From: Octopus bimaculoides
Lineage: Eukaryota
DNA: 64,000 nt
Assembly (NCBI RefSeq): GCF_001194135.2
Contig: NC_068983.1
Location: forward strand, 143,384,148-143,448,147
Direction of reading: 5' to 3'
Made by a program: the position numbers and the translations under genes. Position 1 is the first letter of the stretch; each line of letters begins with the position of its first letter. The notes beneath the pieces were generated by a model. It saw only the letters and a list, made by a program, of their open reading frames with translations, did no database searches and was not told the origin of the DNA. Positions 27,968 through 42,000 of this stretch are shown here, piece by piece.

Positions 27968-28118
27968 CAGGCATGGCTATGTGGTAAGCAGATTGTTTCT
28001 TAACCACATGGTTCCAGGTTTAGATTCACTGTGTGGCACCTTGGGCAAGTGTCTTCTACTATAGACTCATGCTGACCAAAGCCCTGAGTGGATTTGGTAG
28101 ATAGAAACTGAAAGAAGC

Positions 28119-28194
<76 letters not shown>

Positions 28195-28390
28195 ATGTGT
28201 TTTTATGTCCGTTTGTACCCCAACCATCACCTGACATCCGATGTTGGTGTGTTTATGTCTTGTAACATAGGAGTTTGGCAAAAAGAGAATGATAGAATAA
28301 GTACGAGGCTAACAACGAATAAGTCCTGGGGTCGATTTCTTTGACTAAAAACCATTTAAGGCAGTGCTCCAACATGGCCACAGTCAAATG
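27968..28390 (+). mobile_element. tRNA-derived SINE, family B, with internal (GT)n at 28122-28192
   Basis: ggctatgtggtaag...ttccaggtttagattcactgtgtggcaccttgggcaagtgtcttctactatag...gatagaataagtac. Confidence 0.9.
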
Positions 28391-29964
28391 TCAAACATTA
28401 ATAAAAAAAATGTAAAGCAATGTTTACTGTGGCAGAATTTAAACTTAGAAGGTAAAGAACTAGAAAAATGGTGCTAAGTGTTTGGTCTGACGAACTAATG
28501 ATTCTGCCAGCTCACTGAGTAACAAAATGTTTATGCAACTATTAAATAAGACAAAATAATACACCCCATTTTGTTGTGGTTTCTTTTGATGTATTTTATA
28601 AAATATTAGCTCCAACTAGTGAAAAAAAAAAGGTTCTATTTTAAATGTCATTTTGGTATTTACCAATGATGTTAAAATACCAGAAAGAATCCACTGAAAA
28701 GCTGTGAGTGTGTAAGAAACAGTAACAATGGTAAATTGTAGCATTCTGGAATCTAAGCACATAATGAAATCTGCTATACCCTTGTGCAATTGCATAAGTT
28801 AAGGAATAGTAAAAGATAAAAAAGGAAATGTATATAAAGCTAAGAATGACAGAATGCAGTGGTGTAGAATCTAGGTAAAGGAAATCAAAAATAGATCATT
28901 TTACTAAAATGGTGACAGTAAATCAATATATAATACTAAAGAAAAAAAAGCATACAAGAGAGAAAGTGATAAAGAGAGAAATAAATTTAAATGCAAAATA
29001 GAGAATTCTCAAAAAAAAAAACAATTAAAATAATAAACAGTAGTAGTGTCAGCAATCATTTGTAGTATCTCACAATCGTTTTATGGCAATTCTTTTAATG
29101 AAACCATTTAACAAGCTTCCTCTCAAATGAAGCACAAGAAGTTAAACAGTAACAATTGCTCCTGCTTGTAACAGGTGATTTGTTCCTGATGCACTTTAAT
29201 CTATGTGTTTGGTGAATGTGTAGAATTATATTCAGGATCAATACATACTGTTGTGGTGACCAACAGTTGCTACCTACTTAATGATATTAAAAATCTAAGC
29301 TTTTGTGTTGATGATAACCTGCTGTTTTGACTACAAAGCACTGTAATACACATCTCTTTCTGAATGTGACTTGCTATCTAAGTCTTGTCAATCAAAGTAT
29401 CTGAGAAAAAAAATACACAGGAGAAGCTCCCTCTCAACATCATCAGTACCACCACCTGTTGCTTTCTTTATCTAAATAAGAAAGCCTTAGATAGATGCTG
29501 TGACACTCCAAAAGGCATTAGAAATATAAGGGAAGTTAAATAACTCTAAATGGAACTTGAAACGAGCTTTTAAATTTAGTTTCTCAAAGACTAACTTTTA
29601 CTGAATGGTTTTCAATATTCTCATATATTATCAACACGAGACACACTGCATGGAACACCTTTGATCATAAATCTAGCCTGGGGCTAAACAGCAACATCAA
29701 TACCGGCCAATATGGGAGCATCTCTGGAGTTACACAGCTTGTTTAAAACAGTAGCTAAATCTTTCACAAATTCCACTTTTTAAAAGACAAGATAATGTAG
29801 TTCTAAATATATCATAAACTGAATTAAAAAACAGAATGGTCATATTTGGAATACTTTTAATTATAGGACTGCATCATCAGAGTTAGTGTGGAGCTAAACA
29901 GTAACAATATTCACTATGTTTAGAATAAATAGAAATTAAGATGTCAAACAATAGAAGTTTAAAA

Positions 29965-30930
29965 GTGTGGCAGTGACTGGTACTTATTTTATTGACAATG
30001 GAAGAATGAAAGGTACAATCAATCATTGCTGAATTTGAACTCAACTAAATATGTTGCAGTTTTTAATAATGTCCCTTTATTGTTCAACCATCAACCATCT
30101 TTAAGGGTTTCTAATATAGACACAAGATCAAGAATTAGGGACAAGGCTTAGATAATTAAATAGATCCTGGTGTTGCCATCCGGTTTCACCAGTCCTCAGT
30201 CAAATCGTCCAACCCATGCTAGCATGGAAAGCGGACGTTAAACGATGATGATGATGATGATCCCAGTTCTTGACTGGTACTTTATTGGACCCCAAAAGGA
30301 TAAAATTTCAAGTTTATCTTGGTGGGATCTGAACTTAGAATATAAAAAGCCTGGACAAATACTGCAGGGCATTTTTCTGATGCTCTAACAATTCTGCAGC
30401 GTTACACACTTATAATTCTTTGTAATTTTGGCACAAGGACAGCTATTTGAGGGGAAAATAATCCCAATACTTGATCAGTACTTTATTTTTTCAACTCCAA
30501 ATGGATGAAAGGCAAAGTTGACCTCAGCAGCATTTGAACTCAGCACAAAGGACCAAGTGAAATGCTGCTAACCAATTTCTCTGTCATAGACAATATTCTA
30601 AGCAGAAAAAATGTCAGTACTTGACTAACATTTTATTTTATTAACCCTAGGAGCATGAAAGACAAAGTTGACTTTACCTGGATTTGAACACAGAGCATGA
30701 GTCAGAGAAAAATATAACAAGGTATACAATGTGGCAACATAGTTCAGGCTGAAGTAATTTGTTGAGTTTTTCCAGTGAATTACTTTAGACTGTGCCCTTT
30801 CTCAGTTTCCTTCCTCCTACTTAGGAAAGCATGCTCAAATTTGGTCCATTTAGACTCATCACTCCTGCCAAAGTCAACCCTTGGTGGAATTTGAACTCAA
30901 GACATAAAGATTCTGCCAGCTCGCTACCTT
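29965..30930 (-). mobile_element. Cluster of five or more same-orientation SINE family A fragments
   Basis: Repeated gactggtact...gatgaaaggcaaagttgacc...atttgaactc blocks at about 29965, 30115, 30430, 30610 and 30860. Confidence 0.75.
30166..30261 (+). mobile_element. 96-bp young RTE 3' tail inserted in a SINE-A copy
   Basis: 1-2 differences from the other young tails; flanked by GATCC on both sides. Confidence 0.9.
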
Positions 30931-31724
30931 CATAATAATAATAACGATGATTATATATCTATGTCAAAAGGATCTGCTAAAAATATTGGGACATTACTAG
31001 AGAGACAGACTGACAGAAATGTTTTTGCTTCTTTACATTATGACCTATAATCCTTCCTTAGATTATGAGCTATAATAATCCAGCCAGAGCCAACTTTCCT
31101 TTATATCCTATCAGAATCAATAGGATAAGCAGTAGTTATGTACTAGTATCAATTATATTGACTGTAGCTTTCATGTATAACATTTCTGACCTCATGTCAA
31201 TGTAAGAAATCATTATTGGAACACTGCTGAACATCCTTCATTGAATGGATAATGTATTGACAGCTGTTGTTTAGCCCCAGGTTAGCTCAGATCAAGCAGG
31301 TTTATGACTAAAAGAAGACCAGCTGTGACAATCCTGTCTTTTTATGCATCAGGTACTTCATTGCCCAAGGTGTCCTTCTTTCCACAAGAAATTAGGGTGT
31401 TATTTGAAGATTTGGTTACTACTACTCAGAGTTTTAGTGGCCAGTTTGAAATGTTTCAGTGACAAAGAGCAAAATATATTTTATTGATGTGTACAGAGAT
31501 TTAACCCAAAATACAATCAGCTAATTTCTACCAAGAGACATTCTCATCACCCATACAAAGATGTGATAGGATGGAAGTACAAGATTATAATTAACCTCAT
31601 ATTTGCATCTCTGTTTCAACATTTACAGTATCTACACTATTTCAATCAGTTTGATCACTGATCATCATCAGCTGTTTTATTATTAAATGTGTACACAGTA
31701 CCAGGCTGAATTCTAACTCGGAAC

Positions 31725-32010
31725 CTTTGGTATGAAGTTTGCTTCCCAACTACATGGTTTCAGGTTCAGTCCCACTGTGTGACACCTTGGGCAAGTGTCT
31801 TCTACTACACTCCCGGGATGATCAAAACCTTGTGAGTGGATTTGGTAGATCGAAACTGAAAGAAACCTGTTGAGCATGTATGCACTTGCATGCGTGCATG
31901 CATGTGTGTCCCACGACCATTTGACAACTGGTGTTGGTGGGTTTATGACTTGTAACTTAGAAGTTCGGCAAAAAGAGACGATAGAATAAGTATAAGCTTG
32001 AAAATTATCT
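31725..32010 (+). mobile_element. SINE family B
   Basis: gtttgcttcccaac..ggttcagtcccactgtgtgacaccttgggcaagtgtcttctact. Confidence 0.85.
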
Positions 32011-32221
32011 CTAAAGCTGATGTCAATAGTCTGAAAAATGTTATTAACATTTTATTTTAAACATTTAACCGAAAAGTATGCTTCACATAGATTAACGAAA
32101 TGGCACATGCTGTGAGAGAATAAATTCATTACAGTTCTACATTGAAAAGTTATAGTTTAGACTTAGTTTCACACATTTTTTTTCATTATTGAAGCCATTA
32201 AATCTGATAAGAAAAAAATGA

Positions 32222-32222
<1 letters not shown>

Positions 32223-32289
<67 letters not shown>

Positions 32290-32349
32290 NNNNNNNNNNN
32301 NNNNNNNNNNNNNNNNNNNNNNNNNNNNNNNNNNNNNNNNNNNNNNNNN

Positions 32350-32405
<56 letters not shown>
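32223..32405. repeat. (AG)n microsatellite spanning a 60-N gap
   Basis: Visible run; gap 32290-32349. Confidence 0.9.
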
Positions 32406-32409
<4 letters not shown>

Positions 32410-33406
32410 CAAAGAATATAGAGATGGTGATTTTCTGTGTGCATGTGTGTGTGTGTATGTATCACACACACACACATAGAAATAGAAAAGGAAGGAAATG
32501 AGTGAAGGAAAAAATGATAAGAACAATGGAAGACAAAAAAAAGCTACAAAAGCATCTCACATGTACACACACACACACTTGTAAAATGAACCTCCATCTG
32601 TTTCGTCGATGAGTGTTTCAATTGTTCCTTCAATGGAATAGCCTATTTACTGAGTGAACATTTAAGTGGCTGAGTATTCCACAGACATGTACCCTTAACA
32701 TAATTCTCAAGGAGAGCTAGTGTGACTGCATAATAAAGCTGGTCCTTTGATTTATAACTATAGTCCACTATCTGACAGGTTCCCTAAGAGCTTATATATA
32801 AAGAGAGCGGTGGAAGGGGTGGAAGGGAGATGAGAGGGAGATTTGGGAGAGATAGAAATATGCAAAGATAGACATAATTTTCTATACATAGTACATCAGA
32901 CATTTTTTTAAACCCCACCTCCACCCGCAAGAAACACCCAAAATGAAATCTTGTACTTTCTAAGATTATAAGGAAGAACAGGTCAGAAATTAATGAATTT
33001 ATTTTGACATAATGATATTGTTGTTTCATGCTTTTGCCGCTTATATTTCTGCTGATTAGATAATTTCTACAAGAACATGCATTTCTGAGGTTGCTTTGAT
33101 TTATCTTCTAAGATTTCTGTAACAGAACAGAGATAAAGCAGCAGCTAGAAGAAGTTATTTAACCATGAAATTCATTCTGTTATCATCAATGCTGCTACAT
33201 AAAACAAGAACCAATGTAGTTTATGTTTTTGAGAGTGGCAAGATCAGTAGAATAGTGAAGAGTAGAACGATGGTTTAAACACCTAGTGATATTAAGCTAT
33301 GTCCCTTTACACTAGGAGTTTAAAATCCACTAAGTCAACTTATTTTATCTTTTGGGGAAATAAGTATTAGTCAGGTGCTGGAGTCAATACATTCATTCAC
33401 CCTGAT

Positions 33407-33640
33407 CTGTGGTCCCCAAACTTTTTTGCACCATGGACTGATTTCATTCAGGAATTTTTCCACAAACCAAGGGATCACATTCATAATAAAGTGTATAATA
33501 TATAATTTAATTATTACATATATAATGCACAAAACCTTGCAAACTGTGATAGTCAATAAAATAGAAAGAAAATTTTAAAATTTGTTTCCGTGCAGCCTAG
33601 AACCAAATGGTTCACAGCATAGTACTGCAGCATGGCCCAG
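33407..33640 (+). mobile_element. hAT-Charlie-type MITE (MER1/Charlie3-like ends), right TIR lost
   Basis: 5' end ctgtggtccccaaacttttttgcaccatggactgatttc...tttttccac resembles the MER1-type end cagcggtccccaacctttttggcaccagggaccggtttc (recalled, not aligned). Confidence 0.55.
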
Positions 33641-33820
33641 ACTAGATGATTGTACCTGCGTAAAATGACATTCTGAGTTCAAATTCCACCAAGATCAACT
33701 TGGCCTCTCATCCTTTCAGGGTCAATATACAATTATACAATGTCTAGTACTGGGGTTGATATAATCGACTAACCCCTTCCTTAAAATTGCTGGCCTTGTG
33801 CCAAATTTGAAATTGTAATA
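33640..33820 (+). mobile_element. SINE family A (plus-strand exception in the left part of the window)
   Basis: ttctgagttcaaattccaccaagatcaacttggcctctcatcctttcaggggtc. Confidence 0.85.
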
Positions 33821-34941
33821 GTAGCAGCAGCCTAAAGTTATGAATGCTTAAATAATATAACTTTAAATCAATTTTACAAACTATTGACTCTTCTCTTCAC
33901 TCAATTACTAACACTGTTGAAAGCCTGCTTTAAAAATTAAGGTCCTGGCTTAAAGAAATACAAAATAAAATGACCTTAAGGGAAATAATTCAAATGAGCC
34001 AATTCCATATATTATGATAAAATGAAATTGTGAACTGAACACTGCACACACAATTAGTAATTAATTGAGATTTCCTCAGGACTGGAGAAAGAAAATCAAA
34101 ACCTAGCAGCAACAGTTAGCAAATCTCAAAGAAAAAGGGAGAGACATTCAAGAAATTATAATTTAATCACTCAAAAGTAATAAACATGCTCAGCAGTAGG
34201 AAAGTTTGACCAATGAAGGCAATTATGGACATGTTTCAGTCTGCTAGATCTCACCCACATCTTATAACAAAGCCTGCCATTCATTTGACAGAGTTTTACA
34301 GATAGTAAAATAGTCACTAAAAATTTCAAGCTATGTTTATATTTTCTTTTTGCAATAAAGAGGGAAATTTTAATCATTTTTCGCATATGATTTCTGAGCA
34401 CTCACTCACACCGATCCACTAATGATGATGATGATAATAATAATAATCATAATGAAAGAAACAAAATAGAACCAATACATGTGTTTATTTTTAACATAAT
34501 GACCCTTCCAAGATATAACAAAATAATAATTCATCCAAACTCAGAAACATCACTTTTGAAATAGAAGCATTTACAATACCCATAACATTATATGCTTATG
34601 TTTCAGGTTAGTGGCCAGATCATAGATGTACAATAGAACCTTCTGATACTCTATGATATACAATACAACAAGAAAATAAAACAGTGAACATAACCTAAGT
34701 GTAGGTATTTTAAATGACTCAGGAGTCATCAGTAAACGTCTTGCACTTGTAAGTATATGGGATATTCTTATTCTACAATTAACTACACTATAGGGACATT
34801 GAAAAATTTCATGCACTGTAAAATAGTATTTTTATGCAGGTCTTGTAGAACCTTTCCATCACCCCTCCTCCAGCTCTAAATTATACTCATTGCAGAATTT
34901 GAATTCAGAACTTCAAATCAACAAAGTGTTATATAGCTAAA

Positions 34942-35286
34942 AAATTACTATTTTTAAATCTCACAATGGGAGATATTCAGCAACAGTACTTTGGAGTAAA
35001 GATTGTTTGCCAACATAACATAGCAGTCCTGGTTTAGGACGAATGTTGCTGTAATTTAGTCCCTTTACCAGCACTGAACAATTGTTCGGCTAAAGGTGGC
35101 GCTGCCAAATTCCCATTCGAAATATATAGTTTTCAAAGTGACAATTAGTCACTGATCTATAAATTAGAAATTACTATTTTTAAATCTCACGAGAGATATT
35201 CAGCAACAATACTTATGAGTAAAGATTGTTTGCCAACATAACATGGCAGTCCTGGTTTAGGACGAATGCTGCTGTAATTTAGTCCC
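34942..35286. repeat. Approximately 120-bp direct repeat pair separated by a 104-bp spacer (period 226)
   Basis: 34942-35063 and 35168-35286 are nearly identical (aaattactatttttaaatctcac...gctgtaatttagtccc). Confidence 0.9.
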
Positions 35287-36649
35287 AGAAGATATCGTCT
35301 CCAGCTGGCTATATGACACACTCCGTGTCCTTTTATTTTCGAACAAGGGAATCTAGCACCCCCACTCGGCTCAAAACAATATCTGTGTATCGCAATATCT
35401 GTGTCATATAGCTATCCAGTATTCCAGCTGGTTACTAAGGTACTTTCCTATAAAATGAACTAAAGTGAACTGAACTAGATATACACATTGGAAGACACAT
35501 TTGAACAGACAAGCTAATGAAGAAGCCTATATATGGTTGTTTAACATGCTAAAAGTTCCAGCTAAATTCCCCTCAGATCAAATCCTACCATCCTAAAAAT
35601 GGGAAAGGCACATTTGATAATTTATTCCTGGAAATATTCCCTAAAAAGATGGAGTGGTTGTGATTGAAAAGACATAGGTCTATTCAACAAGGGTTGACAA
35701 AGTGTAACACACCCTGTTAATGTGATTGAGGCCCAAAACACTTTAGACTGTAGGTGGCACTATGTTTTGCTGGCTTTCATTGTGTTAATGCATGTAGAGT
35801 AAACCCACTTGGGTGTATCTCTTTCCAAGATATCTCCCTGAGAGCATATGATCTCAACACTAAACTAACATAACACTTGTCCATTTTACAATGCTCCTAC
35901 ATATGAAATCTAACAAAATCCTTCGTATTTAGTTACCACAAAAGGACTTTCTCTAAACAACCTTATAATTTGTGAGAGGGTTAATTTAAGTATTTAATGT
36001 TTATCATTTAGTTATTCTGTTTTGATAACAATGAATTTATCATATACAGTGCTCAGGTGCACTGCAATTCGGAAAGAGAGTAAAAGAGGGAACAGAAAGC
36101 AGTAATAAGTTAAGACAGCAATGATAATCAAAAGTACATGAATGGTATACAGGATAAAACATACAAGAAGTCAGAAAAGTAAAAGAGCCATAAAGAGGGT
36201 GCATAGATACATTAGGAGGATGGTTGGAGAATTTTGGGAAGCATAGAATTTTTGAAAAATATACTACACTGTTTTTTTAACAGTTGTGAGAAAGAAACAT
36301 TTTTCTGGGTACATGCCAGTATATCATAGATCATCAGATATAACAGCAAAATTGAAATTAAAAAATGCCAATATAAATTATATCAACAGGAAAAATAACT
36401 AAAAGATTCAAGTTTATATTGGCACAGCTGAGAATGAGTGAGAGTGCAAGTCAGAACTCCACATGTTACTAGTCCTTCAATGATATAGTGTACTCAACCA
36501 GCCTATATTTAAGATTGCCAACTACCAGACCATTTGACCTGTCAGAAACAGCAGTTAAATATCCTTCAAACCTCACAACCATCAATATTTCTGACAGAAT
36601 AGGCACAGCTGAAATACCCTTAATAATAAAGAAATGAAGAAAGTACATT

Positions 36650-37440
36650 TTTCTTGTTGTGCAATGTCAGTGTGGATGCATGACAGAGTGTAAACGTCTT
36701 GAGAGAAAAGTTGGGCATAACAGGCATAGGACGTGGTGTGCAAGAGAGACGATTGCATTGGCATGGCCATGTGATGTGTGTGGATGCAGACAGCTGTGTG
36801 AAGAAATGCAAATTTCTATCAATGGAAGGAAGCTGTGGAAGAGAGAGACCCAGAAAGACATGGGATGAGGTAATGAAGCATGACCTTCAAACGATGGGCC
36901 TCACAAAAGCAATGACTAGCGACCAAGACATTTGGCGACATACCGTGCTTAAGTGAAATCATAGTTGTGGCTGTTGTTGGTGTCACATAGCTGCTTGCTG
37001 TGTCTATCTACTATTTATCAGAAGTGGAACAGCCCACTTCTCACTTGGGGGTGTCTGTCACAACAGAGGCAATGAGGCCAATGCTGGAGTCGCAGAACTA
37101 GCAACTATACTGGTGGTACGTAAAAAGCACCTTTCGAGCACTGGGCCTCACGGAGGCAACAACAAATGACCGAGACCTTTGGCAATATGTTGTGCTTGAG
37201 AAGGAAAATCCATCAAGCCAAGTGAAATCATAGTTGTAGCAGATACTAGGGTCATGCAACTGGCACCCATACTGGTGGAACGTAAAAGAACTTACTTCAC
37301 TCTTGGAGTGATTGGCATTAGGAAGGGCATCCAGCCATAGAAGCCATGCCAAATCAGACTGGAATCTTGTGCAACCCCTCAGCTTACCAGCCCTGGTCAA
37401 ACTATCCAATCCATGCCAGTATGGACAACACGTTTGGTGA
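36650..37440 (+). mobile_element. RTE LINE ORF2 end and decayed 3' UTR pieces
   Basis: ORF REKLGITGIGRGVQERRLHWHGHVMCVDADSCVKKC..GRERPRKTWDEV; tail ggaagggcatccagcc...ccatgccagtatgga. Confidence 0.85.
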
Positions 37441-37579
37441 GGATGATGAATAGTTCTACTGGATAAGAACCGACTGACCTGGGATTCAAACCACCGTCAT
37501 TTAATCCAATTATGGAGCAAACAAAAACATGTTTGATCTGCTAGAAATAGCAGAAATTCTTAAATGTAATAAATATTTC

Positions 37580-37790
37580 AAATTGTGGCACAAGGCCAGC
37601 AATTTTATGGGAGGGCTATAGTCAATTACAATGACCCCAGTACTTGATTAATACTTTATTTTACTGATATCAAAAGGATGAAAGGCAAAGTTGATATTGG
37701 CAGAATTTGAACTAAGAATGTTAAGATCCAGAATAAATGCCACTAAGCATTTTGTCCAGAGCAGTAATGAATCTGCCAGCTTGTCACTTT
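37580..37790 (-). mobile_element. SINE family A
   Basis: cacaaggccagcaattt...ggatgaaaggcaaagttg...gaatttgaact...ctgccagcttg. Confidence 0.85.
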
Positions 37791-38299
37791 ATTCTTAAAT
37801 CTAATAAATGCCATGTTGAAAATAAGAAAGGCACACTGGATAATACAGTCCCAGATAAACTATATCTGGAAAAATAAAAGAAAAGGACAAGACACTCATA
37901 GGTAAAACATAGGTCTGCTGCATTGGAACTGACCTGGGGATAGTCAATAATATCCTATCATGCAATAAGAGTTTGATGTGTTATTGATTATAACCAACTT
38001 ATGTTTCATATTTAGAAGCAGCACATTATATTAGTAATAAAGTGTAGCATTATTCTGATGAAAATATATTTTTTTTAAATCTCTTTGAAAAACGTGAATG
38101 TTAAAGAGAACACCAAGAAAATACCACATACATTTTCACTCGTGTTTATTAGTATTTATTGATTATCTCAATATGGTTAATGTAAATGGAGTCTAGCAAT
38201 AATGAGGGCAAGCTTACAATATTACAGATGTGTGTGTATGCATATATTTGCAAGTATATATGTATACGCTTGTTTTAGCCATTGAAATACAGCTTTGCT

Positions 38300-38680
38300 G
38301 GGGCACCACTTGGCATGTGTGTGTGTGTGTGTGTTTGGTAGATTTCTGCTTACCAAATCCACTCACAAGCATTTGGTTAGTCTACGGCTATAGTATATGG
38401 CAGCTTAGACAAGTGACTTCAGCTATAGCCCCAGGCCAACCAAAGCCTGTGAATGGATTTGGTAGACAAAAACTGAAAAAGTCCCAGTGTATACATATAT
38501 GTATATACATGCACCCTAGTCTTGAATTTTGTGATGCTTGTAAATGATTACAAAATTGTTAATCAAATTATAAAAGTGTTTGTTTTAGGCGCAGGAGGGG
38601 TTGTGTGGTAAGTAGCTTGCTTACCAACCACAGGATTCCGGGTTCATTCCCACTGCCGGTCATAAAGCTAGTTTTGTGTG
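38300..38680 (+). mobile_element. Two partial SINE family B copies
   Basis: ctatagccccaggccaaccaaagcctgtgaatggatttggtagac; ggcgcaggag..gtggtaagtagcttgcttaccaaccac..ccgggttca. Confidence 0.75.
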
Positions 38681-38789
38681 TGTGTGTGTGTTTAGATTTA
38701 TGCTGAAAAAAGTCTTTAGGAGTGATGTATCAACAACAGTGGAGGGAACCACTTTGAAAGAGACAAATCAGTTTGACTGAATTTCAATC

Positions 38790-39130
38790 TTTTAGACAGT
38801 TCATACACACAAGATATACAAAGCTGTTGTGGTGACTATACTAGTTTATGGTTGTGGAAGCTGGACAGTTTACAAAAGAAATACCAAAAAACTTAATCAC
38901 TTTCATCTAACATGTTTGCAAAAAATTCTTAACATCAGGTGGCAGGTTAGAATTTCCAATACAACTGCACTCAAGAGAGCTAATACGTTAAGCATGTATG
39001 CTTTCCTGAGCAAATTCTTGCTGTGGTGGAGTGGACATGTAGTGTGCATGCTCAATTCCTAACTCCCCAAACAGATCTTTGGTGAACTAGCAGTTGATGA
39101 ACCAAAGAAGAGATACAAAGACATGCTCAA
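38790..39130 (+). mobile_element. RTE-BovB-like ORF2 3' fragment
   Basis: VVTILVYGCGSWTVYKRNTKKLNHFHLTCLQKILNIRWQ...WSGHVVCM..LPKQI motif. Confidence 0.85.
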
Positions 39131-39760
39131 GATCACTCACTGTGGGGTAGTATTGTGTAGTCTGGAGTACAGCACTCTGAATCTGATATGACCAGAGAAG
39201 CTCAAGAGAGGAGAGCTTCAGGAAAAGTAAGAGTCCCACTGGGTCCTGACACAGATATTAAGTGCTCCTATTGTAACCACAAATTTCATGTCAAAATTGG
39301 CCTAATAAACTATCTCAGGACCCACAAAATACAAAGCTGATAACCTAGTCATCTTCAAATACATAAAAGATGAACTAAATAATGCATGCACACACACACC
39401 AAATCACATTGTCAATATATTTACAGTCAGCATACAGAAATATAATCTTTAAAACTGAATTGTTTAGAAGCAATTGACTGAAGTCAGTAATTAACAAATA
39501 TAGCTACATAACAGTAGTTGCTTAAGCGCACTATTTCAATAAAACTAGAGTAAAACAAACATTCAGAAACAGCCACTCAAATGATGGGTAAAAACTCATT
39601 CACCAAAACACTACAACCACTGGCTCACATATACAATGTTTTTCTGTTTCTTATTTGACTTCTACAACAAAACTGTCTATCTTTCTAAACCTGTTACATA
39701 CCTTGCCACTCAAGTCCATTTAGTACATCTATTTTTCTTCATTTCATCACTCCTATAGAG

Positions 39761-40014
39761 CAGTTGCTCTCAACCAGGGTTCATATGGCCCTTGAGGTTC
39801 CATATAAGATTTTGTTAAAATTCATCTACAATATATTAGTTATACTTCTACAATACACAAAATATTTTAATTCATTTTTTTTTTTTACACAATTCCTTAT
39901 ACGATTTAATCATAAAAATATATGATTTGTTGAACATTAAATGGCTATGAGGGACTGCCTGAGCAAAATAGGAATCAAAGGGGTTTATAAGTAAAACATA
40001 GTTGAGAAACGCTG
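39761..40014. mobile_element. hAT-type MITE, 254 bp
   Basis: TIRs cagttgctctcaac / gttgagaaacgctg; 8-bp TSD ctatagag / ctatagaa (7/8). Confidence 0.8.
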
Positions 40015-42000
40015 CTATAGAATTATTCCCCAGATCCTCCACTAAACACTTCATTAATCCTTTCTCTCTACAGTACAACCACTTTCTCTTTATAACTATC
40101 TACCACTACAATCAGCTCAACCCTGTTGCTTGTATGTAACTTTAACAGAGTTCAATCTGTTGCATTTAAGTTAGAACTAGGTCTTTGGCCTAAGGGTTAC
40201 ACCTATCAACCAGTCATGAATGCTTCCCTTTTTTTCTGTGACTAAGCCATAGAAGTATTTCTTTCCTATCCATATTTTATCTATAGACATTGACCTAGAA
40301 GTGTTCCAAACAGAGATCAACTGTATTAATCTCACTCGTCTGGGAATTCTGGAAAAGACAAACATTGCTTTGCTTCCTCTGACAAACAAATAATAAAAAT
40401 AAACAAACTTTCTAAATCAGCACTAATTACAAAATCGACCATAGTAAATTCTTGGGTAAGCTTCAATAACATTAACGGTGATAAAATAAGTAGTTGAATT
40501 GAAAAAATCATGCTACTGTGTTTCAAGGACTAAATATGTAACCTATCCTCCCTATGATACCCAACTCACCCCTCTCTCTGCTGCTCTATCTCTGGATCTA
40601 GGAAAGTTCAAAGAGACTATAGGCACTGCCCTTAATTTTTAAAGGGAAAGCAAACTAAACCAGCCTACTGAATTCGATTCTTTAACGCAAATTATTTTTA
40701 TAGCACAATTTTATATCAGATTCAGAAAACGAAAACATGTTTTAACAATCACCCAAAGGACTATGAAAAATATTGGTTTTCTAACTTAGCATTTCCATCA
40801 ACCTTTTATACATTTAGAAATAGCAGAATTTTAATTTAAAAAATATAAAAAGAACTTTTTTTTTTTTTTTTTTTTTNNNNNNNNNNAGCATTGCTTTTTC
40901 TATGCTCAAGACACTTAGCTCATAACAGTTCAAGAATGATATAGATTTGTTTTATCAGAGCAAACTAGGTGCTAAATATACCATTCTATGATCAAAGGTG
41001 TCCCAACTGTGTCAGTCCCATCTTTTATTCCGAGAACAGTGACCCCCAGATTGCATTATCCAGTGTCTTCTTTCTAAGTAGTAGGGAGGGCAAGAGGGAG
41101 ATTTGAGTGCTATTTCTAGCTGGTAGAGGCTCCTATCATGTAGCATAATAATTATTAGCTATTGCTAAAAATAGATGTATCTGGTATTTTATGTTGCAAA
41201 TGTGAAATACAGTTCTCAAATTAATTAACAAGATACTGCTATACTATTTTAACAGATTACCATGATCATCACAGTTCTGTTACAGAAGACTGGGTCTTTA
41301 TGTTTGGTGTCTCCCATGTTGGGAATAGCTTATTGATTTCACTATTAATAAGACTCTGAAGAGTAAATGCAAAGTTTGGAACAATGTTATTCTTTTTACC
41401 AAACTAAGATGTTACAAATGAGAGAAACTATGTAATTAAGAATCTTTGCCATTTTTACTCTCTCTCTTCTTCAAACTGGACTTGACAATCCAAATTTTGG
41501 ACATAATACAATACCTACAGCAGGATATGAACTTAAAGAAATCCATGGCTCCAGCATATTAATTAGCTCCTATAAGAAAGTATTGTAATTAGATATCAAG
41601 GACTAGATCTATTTTTAAGTTTATGTTTCAAATTTAACCAGAATAAAAACTATCCAAATTTTCAGTCTTGTAATCTAAATCAAGTGAGCTAAACACTAAG
41701 GTTCAATCGATCCTTTCTGCTATTCTACCTTGGCAATATTATCTGTTTGTATAAACCTATTTTGCAGAAGGTTTGTAAAGAGAGCAAATGATAATATTTA
41801 AACTTGTGAACTCTGAATGAATAAACTTTGGTCAGAATTATCCAATCTTATTTTCCAAGCACAGTATTTCAGACCAAATTAATCGCTGTGCCCCTTCTTA
41901 TTCAAGCTGGTGGGTTATGATTTCAGAGTTGTGGCTACTATATCTAGCAAATTGAACAAACATGCTCAGGCTCCTTTTCATTATTATTATTACTAAGGAT

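Noticed and set aside
27968-28050. tRNA-like A/B-box heads (also at 31725, 38585 and 63273)
   Set aside because: They continue into SINE bodies and lack a complete cloverleaf; not tRNA genes
28000-32526. Poly-HT/CV/ER/LS ORFs (also at 6249-6621 and 55261-55572)
   Set aside because: Translations of (CA)n and (AG)n microsatellites and N gaps
40180-40530. Possible decayed LINE ORF in AC-rich sequence
   Set aside because: No RT or endonuclease motif could be read with confidence
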